Origin: Candidatus Marinacidobacterales bacterium
GTDB taxonomy: Bacteria > Acidobacteriota > Vicinamibacteria > Marinacidobacterales > DATDRI01
Length of the DNA stretch: 64,000 nt
Assembly (NCBI GenBank): GCA_965226495.1
Contig: OZ245365.1
Location: 1,152,001-1,216,000 of the forward strand
Direction of reading: 5' to 3'
A model generated the notes under the pieces. It did no database searches. It was not told the DNA's origin and saw only the letters and a list, made by a program, of their open reading frames with translations. Shown here in pieces: positions 59,549 to 64,000 of the stretch (the stretch's first letter is position 1; each line of letters starts with the position of its first letter). Position numbers and translations under genes: made by a program.

Positions 59549-60823
59549 ATGCAAGCGTTACTTACTGACTCGATACAAGAGTCATCCAATACACATTCCG
59601 GGAGCGAGGATCTTTCAATCGCCGACCTTGACCAACGGCTCGAGCAAGCGGTCCAAGAAAATGAGCGATCCGAACGTCTCATTTGCGACTATCTCTTGGC
59701 GATGGTCGAACGTCGGGGGTACGAAAAGTTCGGCTTCGCCGACATCTACTACTACGCGGAAGGGCGGTTCGGCTTTTCAGCCCGCAAGACCCGTTACCTG
59801 CTCCGCCTCTCCCAGCAGCTCCGGAAGCTTCCCCGGATCAAAGAAGCTCTCGGCGAGGGCCGCCTTGGCTGGACGAAGGCCAGTCGTATCGCACGAGTCG
59901 CGACCATCGACGACGAGTCCATGTGGCTCGATTCCGCCCTATCCTTATCTGTTCGAGAGCTCGACCAAAAGCTCAACGAGCAAAGGGACGCCATGGGAGT
60001 GAAAATCCGCGCGTGGCTAACCCAGGAACAAGCTTCGGTGTGGGACCAGGCACTCGAAGTCTGCCGTCGCTTGAGCGGGGAGGATCTGGATGTCGGCCGC
60101 TGCCTCGAGTACATCGCCGGAGATTTCCTCGCCACTTATGCCTACCTCACGTACCGGAAAGAGGGGGACGAGGGCTGTGAAGGAACGACCGTCAAGGAGC
60201 GGCACCAAGTAGAGGACGGACCTTCCGACGAGGAGGCCGCGGCGGTAGAGCTGAAGATATGTCCGGACAACGAGGACCTTCCTGCTCCAATGACTCCCTC
60301 CGAGTACGGCAAGACGTGGCGATACGTGCTGGAGCGTGACGCCTACCGCTGTCAGTACCCGGACTGCGGCGTGCGGAGTGAGCTCCAAGTGCATCACATC
60401 GTGTTTCGGAGCCGCAGTGGTAAGAAAGGTCGGCGCCGAAGCAACTCGCCTCAAAATCTGGTGACGCTATGCGTCTTCCACCACCGGACGGTTCACGCCG
60501 GAACGATCGGAGTTATGGGGCAGGCGCCCAATGAGCTCGAGTGGCGCCGCCCGGTGCTGATGGAGAACGCCCTCCCTCCGCGAGATAGCGCGCGCGGCGA
60601 TTATGGTGGCGAGCTCGCTCGAGAGCCTGGACCAGTTTATGGCCGGCGGCACACCGCGGTTCTCGTTTGGCAAACGTTTTCCAAAGCCAAATCTGTGTCA
60701 AAAGGTAGCAGACCGCCTCGAAAACGTTATCCAAAGTCCGATCTGTATCGACAGGTAGCGGCTTCGGCGATCGGGACCGCCGCGCGTGCGCGTGCCACCG
60801 GGCGAACCGAAACGGGTTCTTGA
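59549..60823 (+). CDS. DUF222-like plus HNH endonuclease
   Basis: LPRIKEALGEGRLGWTKA; RDAYRCQYPDC...VHHIVFRS...NLVTLCVFHH; RBS GGAGG. Confidence 0.85.
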   Translation: MQALLTDSIQESSNTHSGSEDLSIADLDQRLEQAVQENERSERLICDYLLAMVERRGYEKFGFADIYYYAEGRFGFSARKTRYLLRLSQQLRKLPRIKEALGEGRLGWTKASRIARVATIDDESMWLDSALSLSVRELDQKLNEQRDAMGVKIRAWLTQEQASVWDQALEVCRRLSGEDLDVGRCLEYIAGDFLATYAYLTYRKEGDEGCEGTTVKERHQVEDGPSDEEAAAVELKICPDNEDLPAPMTPSEYGKTWRYVLERDAYRCQYPDCGVRSELQVHHIVFRSRSGKKGRRRSNSPQNLVTLCVFHHRTVHAGTIGVMGQAPNELEWRRPVLMENALPPRDSARGDYGGELAREPGPVYGRRHTAVLVWQTFSKAKSVSKGSRPPRKRYPKSDLYRQVAASAIGTAARARATGRTETGS

Positions 60824-60838
60824 GGCTAGGTTGGACTT

Positions 60839-60858
60839 TGGTGCCGAAGAGGAGATTC
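60839..60858 (-). repeat. tRNA-Leu 3'-end-like att remnant 2
   Basis: Minus strand GAATCTCCTCTTCGGCACCA. Confidence 0.6.
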
Positions 60859-60866
60859 TGGAAAAA

Positions 60867-63281
60867 CTAGTGCCCTCTAGTGCCGCCCTGTCCGTGTAGT
60901 GTTTTCTCATTCGCTCTCGATTCTCGAGAATGAGCAGCCTGCCTGGTTCGGGCATCGAGCGCCGCCTTCACTCGCCCGTGCGTAAACGGCACCTCTCTGA
61001 TACGGGCACCGGTAGCGTCGAAGATGGCGTTTCCGATGGCTGCGGCGGCGAGCGTGATGGTGGTCTCGCCGGCACCCAACGCCTCCACGTCAGCGCGATC
61101 GATGATGACCGTTTCCACCTGGGGCACGTCGAAGCCGACCGGAAGGCTTCGGTACGTTCCCCAGTCCACCGAGGTCACCTTCTTCTCGTCCCACGTGACC
61201 TCTTCGAGGAGCGCGCGGCTCATTCCCTGGAGCGTGCCCCCTTCGATCTGATTCCGCAGCCCATCCGGGTTCGAGACCGGGCCGCAGTCGACACCGGCTA
61301 CCAGACGCTTCACTGCTACGGATCCAGTGTCCTGATCCACCTCGACGTGCGCCACCAACGCGCAATACCCGTTGTCGCCTTCATACAGCACGCAGGCCAT
61401 CCCGCGACCCGTCGCAACCCCACTCCGCGAGACGCCGCGCTTCGGCGAGGGACGAGGATCCCAATTGGCCTTCCGCGCCACCGCCCGCACGATCTCGATC
61501 ATCCGCTCGTCTCTCACATGATCCAGTCGGAAGGCCATCGGATCGACTCTCGCCTGCGCCGCCGCCTCATCCATGATGGACTCGTGCGCAAACGTATTCT
61601 GGAGCCGTGACGGAGATCTGAGGGGCCCGGTGAAGAATGCCGATTTGACGTTGTGTATCAGCACCCGCTCGCTCTTGACGGTTCCGGTGCCGCCACAACG
61701 GCCGCCGACACACCCCGCAACGTACGAAGGCGCGGCGTTGCTGCCGTTTCTGTAAGTGCGGGGATCCGATGCCGGGGTTCGCGGAGTGAAGGCCGCCGGC
61801 TCGAAACCGGCTAGAAAACCAGTGATCACATTCCCAGGAGTTCCGCTGCGTGGTCGGCTCCCCAAGACCGGGAACCAGGCCTCGTAGTCCCACGCGAGAA
61901 TCCGTCCCTCGGCGTCGAGTCCTATGCTCTGATCGATGACGTAGGCGTATCCGAAGTTCTCCCACGCCATTTCGTCCTGTCGCGAGAGCTGCACCCGGAC
62001 CGGTCGACCCACCGCTTGCGACAGCAGCGCGGCGTCGTAGGAGACCGTATCGGCCCCGTTCAGTCCGTAGCAGCCGGAACCCATCCTGAAGATCACGCGC
62101 ACCTCTTCCGGGGAAACGCCGAGGATCATGGCCACCGTCTGCTTCAACGGATGCACCGCCTGGGTAGCCGACCAAATCGTGGCCTTCCTGCCCTGCACAT
62201 CGGCAACCGCGCAGGAGCTGCCCACCGATCCGTGCATCTGATAGGGATGGCGATAGGTGGCGCTGACGGTGATCGCCGCTCCCGCGAGCGTGGCGTCCAC
62301 ATCTTTGGAATCCACGACCAGCCTGTCGCTGGTCGGGTTCTGATGTCGCAGGTAGTCGTAGAAGTCGCGATGGCTCGGCAGCTCGACGCCCGGGCTCCAT
62401 GTACAGCTCAGTTTGTCGGCGGCCTGGATGGCCTGCCAGGGCTTGTCGGCGACCACTCCGACGAAGTCGTTCTTGACGACGACCTTCACCAGACCGGGCA
62501 CGTCTTGCACGGAACGCTCGTTGACGCTCATGAGCTTCGCGCCAACCACCGGCGGTCTGACCACTCGGCCATGCAGCATGCCGGGGACACTCACATTGTG
62601 CACGAACTCGAAGCGGCCGGTGACCAGCTCTGGGATCTCCGACCGCGGTACTGGCTTTCCCAGCACGCGCCACTCGCTCGGGTGCCGGCGTTTGGCGCGG
62701 CCGTCAAGCCGAAGGGCGAACGTCTTCCCCCCAATCAATTGCCCATACTCCGCGCGCGCCGTTGGATCGGTCGTTACCTGGATCACGCCATTTTCGACGG
62801 CCAGCTTCTCGACGGGCACCTGGAGGCGTGCCGCCGCCATACGGAACAATTCTTCGCGGGCAGTCGCCGCGGCCTGGGCCAGGTTGGTGTTGTTGAAATT
62901 GGCAGGGTGTGATTGGCTACCGGACGTGGTGCCCTGATCGGGAGTTCGTGCAGTATCGCACTGAATCAGCGTGACGCGATCGATAGGTATGGCCAGTTCT
63001 TCGGCGATCAGTTGACTTTGTGCGGTGTAGAGACCCTGTCCAAGCTCACACTTGCCGGTGTAGGCGGTCACCCGTCCCTGCGGGTCAATAGCAATCCACG
63101 AGTCGAGCTGGTCTCCCGGCACTCCCGAATCCTGGGCCGCTGCGAGCCCTGAAGCGAGAATCCTTCCCGCCGCGCTGAAGCCGACGATCAAGCAACCGGC
63201 TCCCTTCAGCCAATCCCGGCGGGACAATTGAAGCCCGTCCAAGGCGGCACCGGCGTCCGGGGTCAAAGACTTCGCATCCAC
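60867..63281 (-). CDS. Xanthine-oxidase-family molybdopterin subunit (isoquinoline 1-oxidoreductase beta/nicotinate dehydrogenase-like), Tat signal
   Basis: SRRDWLKG, GKCELGQG, PLRSP, NQIEGG, GAGE, NAIFDATG. Confidence 0.92.
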   Translation of the reverse strand: MDAKSLTPDAGAALDGLQLSRRDWLKGAGCLIVGFSAAGRILASGLAAAQDSGVPGDQLDSWIAIDPQGRVTAYTGKCELGQGLYTAQSQLIAEELAIPIDRVTLIQCDTARTPDQGTTSGSQSHPANFNNTNLAQAAATAREELFRMAAARLQVPVEKLAVENGVIQVTTDPTARAEYGQLIGGKTFALRLDGRAKRRHPSEWRVLGKPVPRSEIPELVTGRFEFVHNVSVPGMLHGRVVRPPVVGAKLMSVNERSVQDVPGLVKVVVKNDFVGVVADKPWQAIQAADKLSCTWSPGVELPSHRDFYDYLRHQNPTSDRLVVDSKDVDATLAGAAITVSATYRHPYQMHGSVGSSCAVADVQGRKATIWSATQAVHPLKQTVAMILGVSPEEVRVIFRMGSGCYGLNGADTVSYDAALLSQAVGRPVRVQLSRQDEMAWENFGYAYVIDQSIGLDAEGRILAWDYEAWFPVLGSRPRSGTPGNVITGFLAGFEPAAFTPRTPASDPRTYRNGSNAAPSYVAGCVGGRCGGTGTVKSERVLIHNVKSAFFTGPLRSPSRLQNTFAHESIMDEAAAQARVDPMAFRLDHVRDERMIEIVRAVARKANWDPRPSPKRGVSRSGVATGRGMACVLYEGDNGYCALVAHVEVDQDTGSVAVKRLVAGVDCGPVSNPDGLRNQIEGGTLQGMSRALLEEVTWDEKKVTSVDWGTYRSLPVGFDVPQVETVIIDRADVEALGAGETTITLAAAAIGNAIFDATGARIREVPFTHGRVKAALDARTRQAAHSRESRANEKTLHGQGGTRGH

Positions 63282-63301
63282 CGCTCCACCCGGCTGCTTC
63301 C

Positions 63302-63769
63302 TCAACCCGCCACCTCTCGTGCATATCGCTTGATGGCTCGAAGCATCCGAACGTGTGCAAAGCAACGGCACAGAACCGTCGACAGGGCCTGCTGCATCTG
63401 TTCGTCGCTCGCCTTCGGGTTCTCATCAAGGAGAGCTTTTGCGGTCAAGATCACGCCGCTGAGACAGAATCCGCATTGCGTCGCCTGCTCTTCGATGAAG
63501 ATTCGTTGAATCGGGTGCGGGCTCTGCGCAGTACCCAAGCCTTCTAGTGTGGTTATGTCCGCACCATCCATTGTCTCCACGGGTGTGACGCAGGCGCGGA
63601 TTGCCCGACCTCCCGCGATCACCGTGCAGGCTCCGCACTGTGCCAGCCCACAGCCGAACTTCGGTCCACGTAGCTCGAGGTCGTCACTAAGGATGTAGAG
63701 GAGCGGTGTAGAGGGGTCCACATCCAGAGAGTGTGAGCTACCGTTGACCGTCAGGGTAATAGCGCTCAT
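63302..63769 (-). CDS. [2Fe-2S] small subunit of the molybdoenzyme
   Basis: GCGLAQCGACTV, QCGFC, LCRC. Confidence 0.95.
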   Translation of the reverse strand: MSAITLTVNGSSHSLDVDPSTPLLYILSDDLELRGPKFGCGLAQCGACTVIAGGRAIRACVTPVETMDGADITTLEGLGTAQSPHPIQRIFIEEQATQCGFCLSGVILTAKALLDENPKASDEQMQQALSTVLCRCFAHVRMLRAIKRYAREVAG

Positions 63770-63914
63770 ATCGTCCTGCCTCGTGTGTCAGGACCCCGCT
63801 CCACTCCCCGAGTGACGAGTGAAAGCGTTGTCGCGAGATTTTAAGACAGCTGGGAAGCTTCAAGCAACGGATTTTCTCATGCCCAATGACCTTGCAGCTC
63901 GGGAAGGGCCGTGG

Positions 63915-63934
63915 TGGTGCCGAAGGGGAGATTC
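63915..63934 (-). repeat. tRNA-Leu 3'-end-like att remnant 3
   Basis: Minus strand GAATCTCCCCTTCGGCACCA. Confidence 0.6.
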
Positions 63935-64000
63935 TACCAGGACGTTATCGCCTCGTGCCGCCTTTCACGCCTGGCGTTGTTTCTCAGTGGCTTACGCTGA

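Noticed and set aside
56595-63934. Complete tRNA genes at the TGGTGCCGAA repeats
   Set aside because: Similarity stops in the T-loop; no D arm, anticodon arm or 5' acceptor strand

Overview
GC-rich bacterial window. The gene content (wHTH-TolB-TPR regulator, PQQ-propeller, DUF5916, DUF4388-TonB) suggests Acidobacteriota, possibly Vicinamibacteria; this is an inference. It is mostly accessory catabolic, transport and regulatory genes, with many single-base indels, two tandem duplications and several deletions that look like assembly errors or gene decay. The strongest hidden signals are two selenoproteins broken by the ORF track. (1) A secreted heavy-metal-associated (MerP/CopZ-like) protein at 54280-54789 (-) whose GMTCxxC metal motif is encoded as GMT-UGA-G-L-UGA (UxxU), with two SECIS-like hairpins. 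It is the last gene of a MerR-type operon (20-bp-spacer promoter, MerR regulator, MerT-like remnant, outer-membrane barrel). (2) An exported peroxiredoxin-like/DsbD-N fusion at 3388-4473 (-) with a WUPYC motif and a SECIS hairpin. Other notable features: a TPP-riboswitch operon (TonB receptor, PnuC, NadR-like kinase), sahR-ahcY with its operator, a nucleoside catabolic operon with two atypical phosphorylase paralogs, an (AAAG)6 repeat frameshifting a regulator, and three tRNA-Leu 3'-end-like direct repeats bracketing the right-hand cargo genes.
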